DNA from: Podarcis melisellensis
Lineage: Eukaryota
DNA length: 64,000 nucleotides
Assembly (NCBI GenBank): GCA_964234715.1
Contig: OZ174287.1
Reading direction: 5' to 3' (one strand)
The notes beneath the pieces are model-generated. The model searched no databases. It worked only from the letters and a program-made list of their open reading frames with translations, and was not told where the DNA came from. Below are positions 1-12,904 of the stretch, piece after piece (position 1 is the first letter of the stretch; every line of letters starts with the position of its first letter). The position numbers and the translations under genes are program-made.

Positions 1-345
1 ACCATTCCTTATCCTCCACTTGAATCGCTGAGCTCTTCTGATGGGGCATGTTTGGTGGTCCCACATGTTCCTCAGGCTTGGCTGGCATTTACCTGGGATG
101 GACCCTTAAGTGTGCTGGGACTGCCCTGCAGTAGAGCTCCTGGCCACCCTGCTCCCTTTCAGGCATCTTCTGAAAACTGTTTTATTTAGGCAGGCCTCTC
201 AAAGCCAAGACCCTCTGCCAAACCAGCTTTTGCTAACGTGTCAGATGCTTTTATTGTTGAAACTGTAGTATTGTTTTTTTCTTTATTTTTCGGATGTATA
301 CTGCCTTGTGATATTTTATATGACAGCGTGATCTATAAACATGTA
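1..345 (+). mobile_element. L2 LINE 3' end, degraded
   Basis: Resembles the 3' portions of the L2 copies at 21091 and 32068, with a T-rich 3'UTR and an A/T tail. Confidence 0.55.
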
Positions 346-1325
346 AATAAAATTTTAAAATAAACAAAACAGTTAAATATTTTGCCATCTGAGATGGGAA
401 CTCCAAATGACATCCCCTGCTGTTTCAGGGGAGTCGTGCAGAACTTCCTAAAGGATTGTAGTGATTCCCGGTCTGCCTGTTTTATTAAGCATTCATCCTG
501 ATTTATTTGCACCAAGTTTACGGGGAAGTTAGATGACAATCGGCCATTTATCCATTCTGTCTGTGGGGAAGTTAGATGACATTGTATCAATCAAATGTTA
601 TCCCACACTTTCAAGTACATTTCCTGTCATTTTCCTTACTGCAAAAAAAGTCAGATTGTGTATTTGTGTGCTGCACCAGTCCTTCATTTTAAATGTTAAT
701 TTTGTTATTGAAACCAAGTTAGCTTATTTCTACTCTTTTACACAGTTTTGCATGGACTGGGATTTTTTTGGTGTTTTGTTTTTTTACTTATTGATATGTG
801 GCTATTTCTTTCTTTAAAAAAGAAAAATTATTCAAAAGTTACAATACAGCATTTTCAATGTATATATCCCCTCCATAGACACCTCTGTGGTGATAATGAT
901 GATGGCATTAAAATATCCTGTTCTTTCTACAGAATTGTTTCTCATTTGCTTTGAATTGTTATTGTACATTTGATACACTGTGAGTGGCTTTGGGCACAAT
1001 TGAGTGGAAAGGTGGCATACAAATAAACTGAGGATGGTGAGGAAGGACGATGAATTGCACAACCTGAATTTGTGTGGTTGAATCCCACCCAAAAACAGCA
1101 ACAGTTTGGAAGCATTCTAAGTCTCATCAGGCAGACCTCTCCCCCATTCTGCCACTGTCCATGCTACTAAAATATATCCCACTTCAAGTGGCCACTTCTC
1201 CTTGCCTTATGGATAGTATTCTCTCAAATGGCAGCTAACCAAGGCAGCCTCAGCCTCTCCTCTCTTTGTGGCCTTAGAGGGAATGACTACAGAATGCTGA
1301 AATGTATGAGAAAAGCAGGACTCAC

Positions 1326-1453
1326 TCTTTGCTCTTGCGTGGCTACAAAAGTCTGGAACCCAGGCGCCACGCCAAACCCAAGTTCCTGAACAAATGGTGG
1401 CTCAGACTGACTGTGGATCTGGACTTTGACTCCTGCTTCAAATGTTGTTTCAT
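1326..1453 (-). CDS. ASIC2: ASIC2 next internal coding exon, 128 nt
   Basis: Translates to (D)[42 protein letters not shown]. Acceptor is ctctttgcag|AT; donor is AGA|gtgagt. The phase-1 start joins the upstream exon to give G|AT = Asp. Confidence 0.96.
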
Positions 1454-1486
1454 CTGCAAAGAGAACGAAAAAAATGTTTATTAGTC
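1454..1486 (-). promoter_or_regulatory. Branch point, polypyrimidine tract and 3' splice site
   Basis: Minus strand reads gaCTAATaaacattttttcgttctctttgcAG; candidate branch A at 1481. Confidence 0.7.
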
Positions 1487-1645
1487 GGGGACGATCTTGT
1501 GCTTTCAACACTCAGAAAGGCGATGAGCTTAATCACTACCATAATCAGCACCCCTGCCATCAGAAATGACAATATCCAAACTTGTCCAAACAGCAATTTT
1601 CCAATCTAAGGAACTTCTTATGTAGCTGCTGGCTACATTTCTCCA

Positions 1646-1794
1646 TACCCTTAGAAATGTGTAATTTTAAGTTATTTCCTCAATGATAGCCAGAGTCCAC
1701 ATAAGTTCTATTTGGCCCAGAAATGGAAGACAAAAATGTGTGGACTCTGTCTATCACAGAGGAAATAACTCAAAATTACACATTTTGAAGGGTA
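1646..1794. repeat. Long inverted repeat (58-bp arms, 51/58 complementary, 33-nt loop); probable old palindromic MITE
   Basis: Arm 1646-1703 aligned by hand to the reverse complement of 1737-1794: 7 mismatches, no gaps. Confidence 0.9.
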
Positions 1795-4398
1795 AGGAAG
1801 ACTTGAATCATTTCTGTACCATATTGCAGTGGGATTTCATCTCTTAGGTCTCAAATTCAGATATACAAAACTCTCTTCCCCCATCAAATTGTGAAATCTG
1901 GTTTCCATCATGTGTTTTGCTGCTTTTATTCTTCTATATTATCTGCTCTTTATTTATCTGGAAACACAACCTCTGTATTGCACCTATGTTTTGTAACTTT
2001 AGGTTTTGTCATTTATTTGCATTTATTATTTTTCATTAATAAAATCATTTTTGTCGAACACAAAAAACCACACTCAAAATGCTGTGAGTTAATCAACACC
2101 ATTATCATTCCTGACATCAGAAATGTTAATATCCAAAATCAGGTAGGGGGTATGTTTCAGGCCTCCAGGACACTCAAGTGTTACTGATCTTAAAGCTACT
2201 ATCCTTGAATAAAGGCAAGTCAAAGGGAAGCTGCAGCATGAAACTTTTGAATTACAATTCAATCAACAGGTTCCATGCAAAAATTTGTGAACTGAATCGG
2301 AACAGAAGTTTTCCTTCACATCACATGTGTCAGTGCAACCTGGGGTTTCCCCAGCTTAACTTGCAAGTAGCAGAAAGTGAAGCCGAGGAAACCCTGGACA
2401 CGACAACTTCACACCATGCATCTTTTTCACTAGACATTACCAAGGAAACATGGTTACTAGCCTTCATTCACACATCCTTTTCCCATTCCACCACCACCAC
2501 CAATTTGTCTGGTTGGAGCATTAGTCATTCTTCTCAAAACTCACAAAAATGTGATTTGTACATAAAACTTCCTAAAATTGGTCTCAGCCTTAGCTTTTTG
2601 CAGAATTGTGTTTGTGTGTGTTAGTGTAGATTTCATGTTGTGCTTTTGGATTTGGAGGAACATTCTTTTAATGCCTGCATTCACCTCTTGCAGCCCCCCA
2701 AGTTGTTCAGCTGTCTCCCTGCGTCGCAGATGGCAGAGTTGTGCAAGAGATGCCACAGTTTCTATTTCACATTCTGGCAACAAAGATCCATGTTTTTAAA
2801 AAACCCTCTTCCAGATCAATGTTTGTTCAAACCCCCTTGACACCCAGCCTGTTTCTCATTTGAATAATTCCAGCAGCGTGCTCACGAAATGCAGCAATGA
2901 GCTGGCCGTGCTGGTGGGTGGGTGGGTGCGAGTCCTCCGCCACTAAACTTCCTTTTAAAAAGGCTTTTACAGATGTGGCACAGAGGACAGCCTATTAAAA
3001 CATAACCTTTTCAGACTCTGCCTTTCTGTCTCAAAAGCACAAAAACAGCTCAAAGATAAATAGGACACACACAAAAAAAATAACAATAACACTCCCTTAT
3101 GTAATGCTAAAAAAGCCTCCCCAGGAACCTGTTGCTTCTGTGAACACGATCTGCCAGCTGGTGGGATTTCTTGGGGGGGGGGAGGTTTTCAGTCAATCAG
3201 GGGGGTCAAGCTGATCAGTGACAGCTGGCTTGGAAACTAAGCCCTGTCTGAGCAATACTTTTTGCAACTAGGCTGCTCCTTCTGTTGAAAGTCTCACTCC
3301 GCATGCATTTGTAAAAGGCGATACACCTTTTCACTCAGGTTGGCAAAAGCCTGACTGTTAAGACGCATGGATTTATCATTACAGCTTGCCATCATTATTT
3401 TTTCATGGTGTTATTATGGCTCTCCAGTGTGCAAACATATAAATATTAAAGCCCGAGCCCATCCGTTAGCCAGCCGAGGAAAACAGTTGTGAGGCATAAG
3501 GATGAAGCATAGGAGAGGTCCAAGCAAGGGAAAGGAGAAAACCAGGATGAATGGATGCAGCTGTGAGTGCTTTCCTTCAAATCTGGGATGTGTCAAGGCT
3601 TCAGTAAGGGGCCTGTTTCCCCCCTCCGCCACACCAGGATTCAGCCCTGGCACACTTAACAAGATAAAATTAGCTAACACGCAGAGTGCATTCACCCCAC
3701 AGCACTGTGAAATTACACCTTAACGCCAAACGTTTTTGGAAATGGGGAGGGGCTTTCACATCACACTGAAATGACGATGCCAACCCCATACTTCCAAGGA
3801 AGGTAAAGGGAAGAAGCCAAAAGCAATGCCACCAAGCCTCACTCCAACTCCATTTCAATGCTTCCCTTTCCATCTTTGAGTTGGCAACTGTGGGAAGAAG
3901 TCCAGAACTAGGAGAGGGCTCATTTAGATTGTGAGCTTGCCGACAGCAGCCTGGTTATTTTTATTTATGTATGGTGTCTAATAAACACGGGGATCGTTGC
4001 AAATGATAAATGACAAAGATGACAATGACAACTTAGTTAACGTCCCAGAAAGACAAAGTGCCAAGTCCCTCGTGAATCTTCCGCGCTCTGTTGCTCCCAT
4101 TTCCTTTCAATGGTGCTGGTGCAAGAGGAAGAACTTTCCCAAAGGATTGTGCTCTCTTGGGTCAAATCTGCCTCTTGCTCCGCTGCCCTTAGGAGAAGAT
4201 GTGAGCTGAAATGGAGAAGGCATGTTTCAAGCACACAAAATGTGCCCTCTCCTTTGACAGGTTTTTTTTTTGCACTCCTTTGTGAAAGGAATCGAAGCTG
4301 TTCAGAAGCGGGCGTCATGTCGGTGGAGAGAACTGAGTTGGCGCTCTGTCAACCTGATGCCTAGCTGAGGCAGAAGGCGACTGGGGCGTGCATTTGGA

Positions 4399-4686
4399 TG
4401 CAGTGATGGCACCAACCTAGATGGCTTTAAAAGAGGATTAGGTGAATTCATGGAGAATTAGACAACCAGTGGCTACTAGGCATGATAGCTATGCTTTGCC
4501 TCCACAGTTCAGGGCAGCAATGCTTCTGAATACCAGTTGCTGGAAACCACAGGAGAGGCAGAATGCTCTTGTGCTCGAATCCTGCTTGCAGGTTTCCCAT
4601 AGGCACCTGGTCAGCTGCTGTGAGAACAGGATGCTGGACTAGATGGGCCACTGTCCTGATCCAGCAGGGCTCTTCTTATGTTCTTA
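4399..4686 (+). mobile_element. CR1 LINE 3' end
   Basis: gatggctttaaaagaggattag...ggatgctggactagatgggcc...gctcttcttatgttctta is a typical squamate CR1 3' terminus. Confidence 0.75.
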
Positions 4687-5776
4687 ATACATGCATGCAT
4701 ATCTAAATGTGGATGCCACCCATTTTCACAGCATTACTTGCCTAATAGGATTCACACCTTTACCTCCATTGAGCCCCTGCTGGTCGTTCAGAGTGATGCA
4801 TGAGCATCAAGGCCAAAGGATTCCTAATCAGTCCTCGAAGCCATCAGCACAGCATGACAAAACAAGGAGAACTGGCCTGGTTGGCTGGACAATGGGGAGG
4901 CATTCAACAGGAGGGAAAGGCAACAGGTAGGTTTTCTTTGCTATCAATGATATCACCACACAACTAAATATGTGGCACTTTGAGACATCGTGCTCGCTAT
5001 GGGAGACCTGATTGGCTGGGATCGCATGGTCCAGAAATCCTTTCACCTACAGCCAGGAATGACACTGAAGTAACAGCAGATTGTGAATACAGGCGCTGTT
5101 TGAATATGGGCACAAAAATAGGCAAAAGGGTAGAGGGCAGTGTTCTTGTCCAGGCAGTGATCTCAGTCAGGTGAGGTTCTAGCATGGACAGAGGGGGGCT
5201 GCAAGGAATGAGTTCAACTCCCAAGAAGGGGAGCAATGTACTGTCAAGCAACTCCAAGTTCCGGTTCTGGTAAACCTGTCAGGTTTCAATAAAGCCAAGT
5301 TGAGCAAAGAGGAGGTCAGCATCTAGTGAGGCAATATCCAAGCAAAACTGGTAGCATCATGGATAGCTCCACAAGAAGCTACAGGCTGAAGAGTCACATG
5401 AGCAGAGATAAGTTGGGTAAAATGTCAATGAGGCCTTGTAGGGCTTCCAAGACAGAGGACCAGACAGCCATGGGCTGCAAAATCTCTTTTTAGAAAATTA
5501 GGTACGGCAAGGGATAGACTCAAAAATCTCCTTTGGAGACCAGTTGGAGACCAATTTGATGTTCACTTAGCAAGAACATATTGGCTTGTGGCCAAGGCAG
5601 CTGATTTGGGCACACATGCTACTATTATGGTGGGGAGGATCTGCCACCGTTTTGCATCCTTATTTGCAGCTGGCTGGTCAGCAACTGGGGTGGCAGTAAG
5701 GCAACACTGAAAAAAACAGGTGGTAGTTGGGGAGGTCAAAGATACAGGTAATAGCATCACTAGACTGCTAGTGTCC

Positions 5777-5778
<2 letters not shown>

Positions 5779-5811
<33 letters not shown>
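5779..5811. repeat. (CA)n microsatellite
   Basis: Direct reading. Confidence 0.95.
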
Positions 5812-5813
<2 letters not shown>

Positions 5814-6364
5814 CACGTGGCCCCATCTGCTGTAAGCTAAGAAATTGAAGGCAAGGCCAGCCTTCATCTTCTCTGCTTCAAGCCACTTTGTAAAGTGAAG
5901 CTGTGATTCCTGACTCCCTGAGTAACAGAAGGTGTCGCAACTAACTGCATTACGCATGCCAGCTATTTTTAGCTGAGCAGATTGCTCTCACAGCCAAAAT
6001 CCAGAGGCCATATGCCTCGAGGTGTATTATTAAAAAGCACATTATGTAATATCTAGGACAGGAAAGGTGCTGTCCCTGGAGCCTTATGGAGATCTCACAA
6101 ACCACAGTAAAAAAAAAAAAGTCAACCTTGTGGCATCATGCCCATCTTGCCAGAAACCAACATGGCAATTATGGAGACATACAGGGGGGACAGATGGACA
6201 CCATCTCCCTGAAGTCCTTGACTTGGTGCTGTTGCCCATGAACAGGAGCGTGGGAAGTGTGCTGGGGAAAGGCTTTTCGTCTTTCCATGGGAACACCCCA
6301 AGCTCACTGAGAGAAGGCTGATGTGTGAAATGCAACTATGTGATTTTGCATTCTCTTTGCTTCC

Positions 6365-6590
6365 CGCAGGCCTGGAACTCCCTCACAGAATGCTCCTTTC
6401 AAATCCCCGCCTTAAGACCTACCTCTTCTGTGCATAATCTTTGGCTTAGCCCCTTAACCCTTATCCCCAAATGAAATCTAAGCAAAGCGTAACTGCGCAA
6501 GCTCTAATGCGCCCCAGGGCCACCTGCTTCTCTCCCATTCTCCTTACCCTGTTGAAATTTGGATTGTAAGCTCTTCGGTGCAGGGAGGGT
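6365..6590 (+). mobile_element. Old L2 3' end fragment
   Basis: gcctggaactccct...cttaagacctacctctt...tggattgtaagctctt...caggga pattern typical of L2 tails. Confidence 0.5.
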
Positions 6591-8599
6591 GCTGTGCCTT
6601 TTCACGTAGGCCAGTTGTGCTGAGCACCTAGTTTTTGAAAGTGTAGTGTCTCAAAGTGCTGAGTTTCAATACAGTGGGTATAATTCAGCCGAAGTTAAGA
6701 ACTGTGAAGCACCACTGATTTAAACTGGTAAACTAAGCCTAGGCTTAAACTTGCTAAGTTGGAATCAATGGTACTTGATTTTGCCTGAATCGTGCACACT
6801 GTATAGATAAACAAATACTGTATTTCATTTCACAGCTCCTTCAGTGCAGGCACCGGATCTACCGAAAGGTATATCCTGACAGCTCTTTTGTGTAAACAGG
6901 TGCACCATCTAGTCCTCGAATTATGAGGCAACACCACTCAAATGGGCTCCTACTGACTTTTTGTGCAATGTGCATCCTAAAACAAATAACCTTTGCCAAT
7001 GTAAGGACTACTTCACTTTAATTTCAGCTTTCCAGCAGATTTGCAAGTCACAAGCAGATGTGGATCTTAAGGCTGTATGGTTTTTCTACAATTAAGAAGG
7101 AGTCCTCTCTAACAACAACAACAACAGAAACTGAACCAGGGATAGGCAACAAGGTGTCTCCCCCCCCAAGGCTGTTGGATTTCAAACTACCATTAGTCTC
7201 AACAAGGGTGCCAACTTGAATAAAATATTTTTTGGGAGGGGAAGTCCAGGCAAGACTCTTCCCACATAATCAATCGCAAGATGCAGCGTACACACACCAT
7301 TTGAATGGCAAAGCCCATCAACTGGGGGGGGGGGGGCTGAAGGTATCTTGGCCCCTAGCAGTTGGCTCCTATGGTCTCAGCCAGCATGGCCAATGGCCAG
7401 GCATGATGGGAGTTGGAGTCCAGCAACTTCTGGAGGGCACCATGTTGGCTATCCTTGATATAGAGCATTTCAAATATATTTCATATGCATATTCTCCCGC
7501 CAACCCTGTTAGTTAAGCCAGCCTTAGTGTCCATGTACTGCAAACAGAGGGTTGAGAGAGAAAGGCTAAGTGACTGGATTAAGGCCACTTGGTGAAATTT
7601 GAATTCCTAGCTCACAGCCTTAGCTGCTACTCCACACCAGCTCTCATTCCTCATTGCTGCTTTTTCCATCTTACTGTCCCCCTTTTAAAAAAAAAAATAA
7701 GTAAACAGGTGGAAATCCAGCCTAAAATAAGAATTCTGAAAAGCTCATGTGCTGCAATTTGCATGCTGGTTGGTGCAAAAAACAGAGTGTTTTTTCCGGT
7801 TCATTGTGTTTCAGATTTTATTGTGTTGTTTTGCATTTTATTGTTCAATAAATACTGTATCAATATTTGATTTTTTTTATGTACAATGCTCTGGAATCCA
7901 TGTTTGGATGAAGGAATAGAAATTAAGTTCAGATTAGAAAATCTGAAAAATAAAATAAATAGTTCACTGACTTATTTAGGGGACAGAGCGAACCCCACTG
8001 TGTAGATGGCTTCCATCTACATTGGTCCCCTGCCAGTCTCTACACATTTGGCTTCTCTCAGCTGGGTCTGTAATGTCTTGGAGCTTTGCGCAGAGATCCT
8101 GCACAGTGGTCAGGCAGCAGATTAAGGAGACAGATGGGCTGTCACATATTTTGTGCCTAAAGGGCTAATGTATAACAGAATTTTAATGGACTACGCAAAA
8201 ATGTGGTTTTTAAGGAACAATGCAAGATTGAAAAACTGCATTGTCCAAAACTCACAGGAGAAATGATATGTACTATACACACAAAAATAACGTACGCTGC
8301 AAGTCTATGCATATTTACGCAGGAGTCCTATTGAGGTTAATGGGGCTTACTCTCATTGTAACTGCAGAGATGGCAGCTTACAAGGTGTCATGTTACAAAC
8401 ATGTTTTCATTAAAACTGAGCATAATATAGCCACTTACTTCACAGACAAGTTGCATCAAAGGGCAGGGATTATGGTAATCACTTACTGTTCAGTTTTGGC
8501 CCTTTGGGACACTTTAGCTGCCTGCTGCCCAGATAATTTTGGGATCTTTGTAACACAAACGACATAAAAGGGGGCAGGCAGGGGAGGAGAGAGGGTAGT

Positions 8600-8680
8600 G
8601 GCACCTTTATTAGGACCAATCAAAATGTTATAGGAGTAAGCTTCTGAGTTCTCCAGAACTCATACCCTTCATCAGGCCAG
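8600..8680 (-). mobile_element. Penelope-like element terminal relic with a degenerate hammerhead-like motif
   Basis: Minus strand: cCTGATGAagggtat-gagttc-tgga-gaactc-AGAAGCTTA...ttggtcctAATAAAggtg. Confidence 0.55.
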
Positions 8681-9701
8681 AGGCTAAATAAACTGGCAGA
8701 GAAACAGCAGGGACAAAAGGCCGACCAACTGATGCTTATCACACCCAATGCAAGCATAACTGGATTAGTCTCACCAGGTACAAGCCAGATTGCAGTTGCA
8801 CCCAGGACTATAGGAACCAACTAGCAATCACAGCAATTCCCCCATTTTTGAAAATACAAAACCTTGGAGTCACTCACAACTTTGTGACATTGTAGTTAAG
8901 ACTAATAAAGTAGGTTGTGGATTTGAATTCAGCCCCACCCTCCAATAATGGACCAGAAGAGCCACCAATCATCTATGTCTCAGTATTTCCTTAGCTGTCT
9001 GTTAAAAGAATTCAAAATGAATTACTGCGCTGTATTGCTTTGCTTTTTACCTAACTTGGAAGATCACCTCCCTCTCTGCAATGCTTCGGTGTGATTCATA
9101 GCTTATTCTGTAGAGAACTGGCCTCTTAGTTTTTGAGTAAGACAGGACTTTGCCTGCCAGACAGTTAACATTTGGAAACATGACACAGACTGCCCTGCCA
9201 ACCATCTGGACACATAAACAAAAAACCAGGCACAAGTTACCTACTGTACTAGGTACGGTTGGAGATGATGAATCAGGGCTTTAAGCTTTTCTAAACCCAC
9301 TCGCCACACTCCTGCATTTCTCTGCGACAAAGGCTTGGGCAGAGAAAACCACCCACCAGCTTTCATTCAGCTTTGCAAAGTGGATTCCTTGATGCACAAC
9401 CTTCACTGCGGCAGCTCCGAAAGTCTTGAAATATTCAACAGTCAAAGACTGATGGGCAACCCAGACTCATTAAGAAGCCAGCTGGAGGTAAATGTCATGC
9501 TCAAACGCTGCCCTGCTGTCATTGCTCCTCGGCCCCCTTCCCAAATCTTTCTTGTATTAAAAAACGTTTGTTTTAAAGGTTTTATTGATTTTGTCTTTGT
9601 TTTTAATGATGATGGTGTCATGTATGTTTGTTTTGAATTGGTTTGTGGCCTTTAGCCATGTTGTACCTATAATTTTATTTGTACAACACTTGGAGAACTT
9701 G

Positions 9702-9833
9702 NNNNNNNNNNNNNNNNNNNNNNNNNNNNNNNNNNNNNNNNNNNNNNNNNNNNNNNNNNNNNNNNNNNNNNNNNNNNNNNNNNNNNNNNNNNNNNNNNNN
9801 NNNNNNNNNNNNNNNNNNNNNNNNNNNNNNNNN
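9702..9833. other. Assembly gap (132 N)
   Basis: Run of N. Confidence 1.
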
Positions 9834-10974
9834 GCTCAGGTGCACACCTGAGGTTGTAGGAACCGTATCAGGAAAAAAGCAGGTACAGCTCTCTCCAAAG
9901 ACACTTGCATGTTCAAAGGTTGGGTGTGTTTGCACCAATACTCATCTTGTTTTATTTCATTTCCCTGTTTACAATCTTAAAAACATCTACCCAGAAGTAC
10001 TGAATTCAGTGGCACTTTCTCCTAGATAAGTGGGGTTAGGATTCTTATCTCTCTCAAAACAATTTTCACCCAGTTGTCTATTGGTATCCTTCTCACCCCC
10101 CAAAATGCCAAATTTGGAGTTTTCTTCTTAATTCAATTAACATAGCATAGCATGGTGGTGTGTTCTGTTTTTCTTGGCACCAAAGTTTTAATGTTTTAAG
10201 CACGAGGTACATGCAAGCCTGACACTCACCTGTGTTAGGGGTGGGAAACATTTTTAACCCAGGAGCTGCATTCCCTTGTTGCCTACCCTTTGAGGGTCAC
10301 ACAGCAGTGGTGAGCAGGGCCAAATGGTGGGTGGAGCCACAGCTGGCAGTAGGAAGGATCACGTTGTCCCACACATACATGCACCACACCTGCATGCAAG
10401 ACGCAGGTTGTATATTGCAGGAGATTTTGGTTGAGCCATTCCTCCTCAGGCTTCTTATCTAAGAGTGGGAGGCCTACACACGACAGACTTAAATAATTTC
10501 CTCTCTCCTGGGAGCCATAGTTCAGTGAGAGCCTAGGGATGTCTAACGGAGAACTTTCATCACCCTGCCAAGATACATTAAAGTGGTGTAAAAATGATGT
10601 TTAAGTTATGCCTTGGGAATAATAGCTACCTGTCTTGCAGGATTCTTCCAAGGATGAATGAGTTAATTACTGTAATAGCAGCAGCTCCAAAGCTCTCTGC
10701 TTTCAGAGATCCCTTTCAACACTGAAATCTGACTGCTGAGAAACTCATGCGCACCGTAGAAAATTCTGGGTGGTTTAAGTCCTTTCAGGTGGAGCACTGG
10801 CCAGGGCCGTTGAACCTCATTACTGCCTCAGCTGAACCACAAAATCACACATGACTTCTTGGCAAATGGTCTGCCCACCCACAAACATTCAAGTGTACCC
10901 AGTGGCCACCATATGACTCTGGCATCCATTGTGGCGAATGCCAATGCTACCACTTCAAAACGTGAGAATACCTC

Positions 10975-11120
10975 TGATGGATCCAACCAAAAGCCGATCT
11001 AGTCCAGCATTCTGCTTCCCACAGTGGCCAAGCAGAAGCCTATGGGAAACCCACAAACAGTAGGTCTCTTCTTCTGCTGTTCCTCCCCTGGCATATGGCA
11101 TTCAGAGGCATACACCTTGA
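10975..11120 (-). mobile_element. CR1 3' end fragment
   Basis: Reverse-complement similarity to 4399-4686 (atctagtccagcattctg...acagtggcca...). Confidence 0.6.
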
Positions 11121-11434
11121 AAGAAAACTGGGATGAAATCTCTCCATGCCAAAATGATGGGACAGCCATTAATCTGTGGCAGTCTTCCCCAACCTGTGGC
11201 CCTCCAGATGTTGTTGGACTCCAACAGCCCCAGCCAGAGTGACCAATAATCAGGGGGTGATTATTACAGCCACAGCCCAAGGTAAGTTATAAAGTGGAAG
11301 CTATTTCCAGTGATACTTGGAGCGAGCTCTCTATCCGACTCCAAGAGTGATTCCTCAGCATACTCAATAACCTCCTGCAGCTGTACACTGCCGGGGAAGA
11401 TAAGCAGTAGTGAGCAAGTTGTCTTTTGGGAAAT

Positions 11435-11584
11435 GGTCATGGCTCAGTGGTAAAGAGCATGCTCTGCATGCAAAAAGGTCCAGGCAGGGCGGGGAGAGAT
11501 TCTGGCCTGAAACCGCAGAACGCTATTGCCTGGCAGTGTTGGCAATACTGAGCTAGATGAGCCAGTGAAGGAAGCTTCCTATGT
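11435..11584 (+). mobile_element. tRNA-derived squamate SINE (Squam3-like)
   Basis: ggtcatggctcagtggta (A box), ...ctgcatgca...gcctgaaacc...caatactgagctagatg...gcttcctatgt; same family as the copies at 46084, 50847, 55748, 57899 and 60034. Confidence 0.65.
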
Positions 11585-11893
11585 ACAGTTACTGATTCTT
11601 TCACAGATTATTCCCAAGAACCCCCATAATACAGCTGAGCAATCAAATTATGCAGGGAATTTTCTTGGGCTGGCGGTACCAACTACAAGGGAACTTTCCA
11701 CTTGCTGAGAAACTCCCTAGGCTGCTGCATGAGACGTCCCAAAGTATCAGAGACATGCACTTTAAAATGGCTATGAATATTTGCAGAGGACAGCAGCCGC
11801 CAGCCACTCATGGAACATTTTCAGCCACTCATGGCAGCTCTGTGGAAAGATATTCTGGGTTGATAGCTAAAGTAACAGGACTGACAGGTACTT

Positions 11894-12470
11894 GAAAGGA
11901 AATGATCCATAATGAATTGAAGATGTTTAAAAGTACTTCTGCTCCCCCCAAAACAGAGTCCTTTCTGTTGGGGATAATTCCCGGGTGTCAAAAAAGGCCA
12001 TTTATGTATGCCACTACTGTGGCCCGTGTTTCGTTAGCCCAAAAATGGAAAACGAGCAAGGTCCCAACCAAAGAAGAATGGCAGCTTAAGTTGACAGAAT
12101 ATGCACAGCTTGCAAACTGAGTAAGAGAACAAGAAGAGCATACATTTAGAGAAGATTGGAAAACGTTTACTGAATATATGGAAAACGTTTACTGAATATA
12201 TGGAAAATAACTGTGTACAGCTGAAAATGCTGGCAGCATTAAGATAAATCCAATAGTGTAAATAAGTTTTGATGGATGCAATAATGGAATACCAAATGGT
12301 ATAGTTTTAGTAAAATATGCAGGGATTTATGATATGTAAAATGAACCATGGAAAGAGAAGAATGGAAGTCATAGATATCTCAAGGCTGTAAAAATGAGTG
12401 CTTTAAATGTAAAACAGAAAATTCAATAAAAATTATATACATAAGGAAAAGAAAAAAGAAAAAGAAAGGA
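11894..12470 (+). mobile_element. L1/Tx1-clade LINE 3' fragment, degraded
   Basis: Peptide MIHNELKMFK...FLLGII...FMYATTVARVSLAQKWKTSKVPTKEEWQLKL is homologous to the 25626-26234 ORF; AATAAA and an A-rich tail follow. Confidence 0.85.
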
Positions 12471-12904
12471 AAGTTGTAGTGTGCTTCATGGAAGGGGCTG
12501 ATGGCACTGTTGTTTTTATTGCAGTTGTGGTTTGTTATTAATTTTTTAAGTTACCTAAAAATGAAGAACAACTAGTGACCAAAGGAGAGAGCTGGACTAC
12601 CCTTTAGGCCAGATGACGCTGCAGCCCATGGATACCCCATGTGCCCTGCTACCTCTGCCATTGGTGAAGAAGCGCCGCTGCCACTTGTGCTGATTTTGGG
12701 CAGGATCAGTGCGATCTTGTCTGAAACAGGCACCAGTGGCAGTGCTGCTTCTCCACCAGCAGCAGATGTGCCAGGGGAAGCACATGATGGAAGAGCAGGA
12801 GACAGGAGCAGGTAGGTGGTAGTGGGATGGCGGCAAAGGCAGACAAGGTGGCGCTTCCCATTTTGCCTCAGGTAGCAGCACACGATGTGCTGCCCCTGAT
12901 AAGG

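Noticed and set aside
522-581. 17-bp direct repeat with a 26-nt spacer (CRISPR-like spacing)
   Set aside because: Only two units, vertebrate intron, no cas genes; a simple local duplication.
4960-5560. Possible highly decayed LINE RT region on the minus strand
   Set aside because: Only a faint impression; no translatable motif I can support.
6066-6086. REST/NRSE site (ggtgctgtccctggagcctta)
   Set aside because: Only one half-site matches; the GGTGCTGAA half is poor.
9585-10029. ORFs spanning N runs (also 48668-48928)
   Set aside because: Artefacts of translating assembly gaps.
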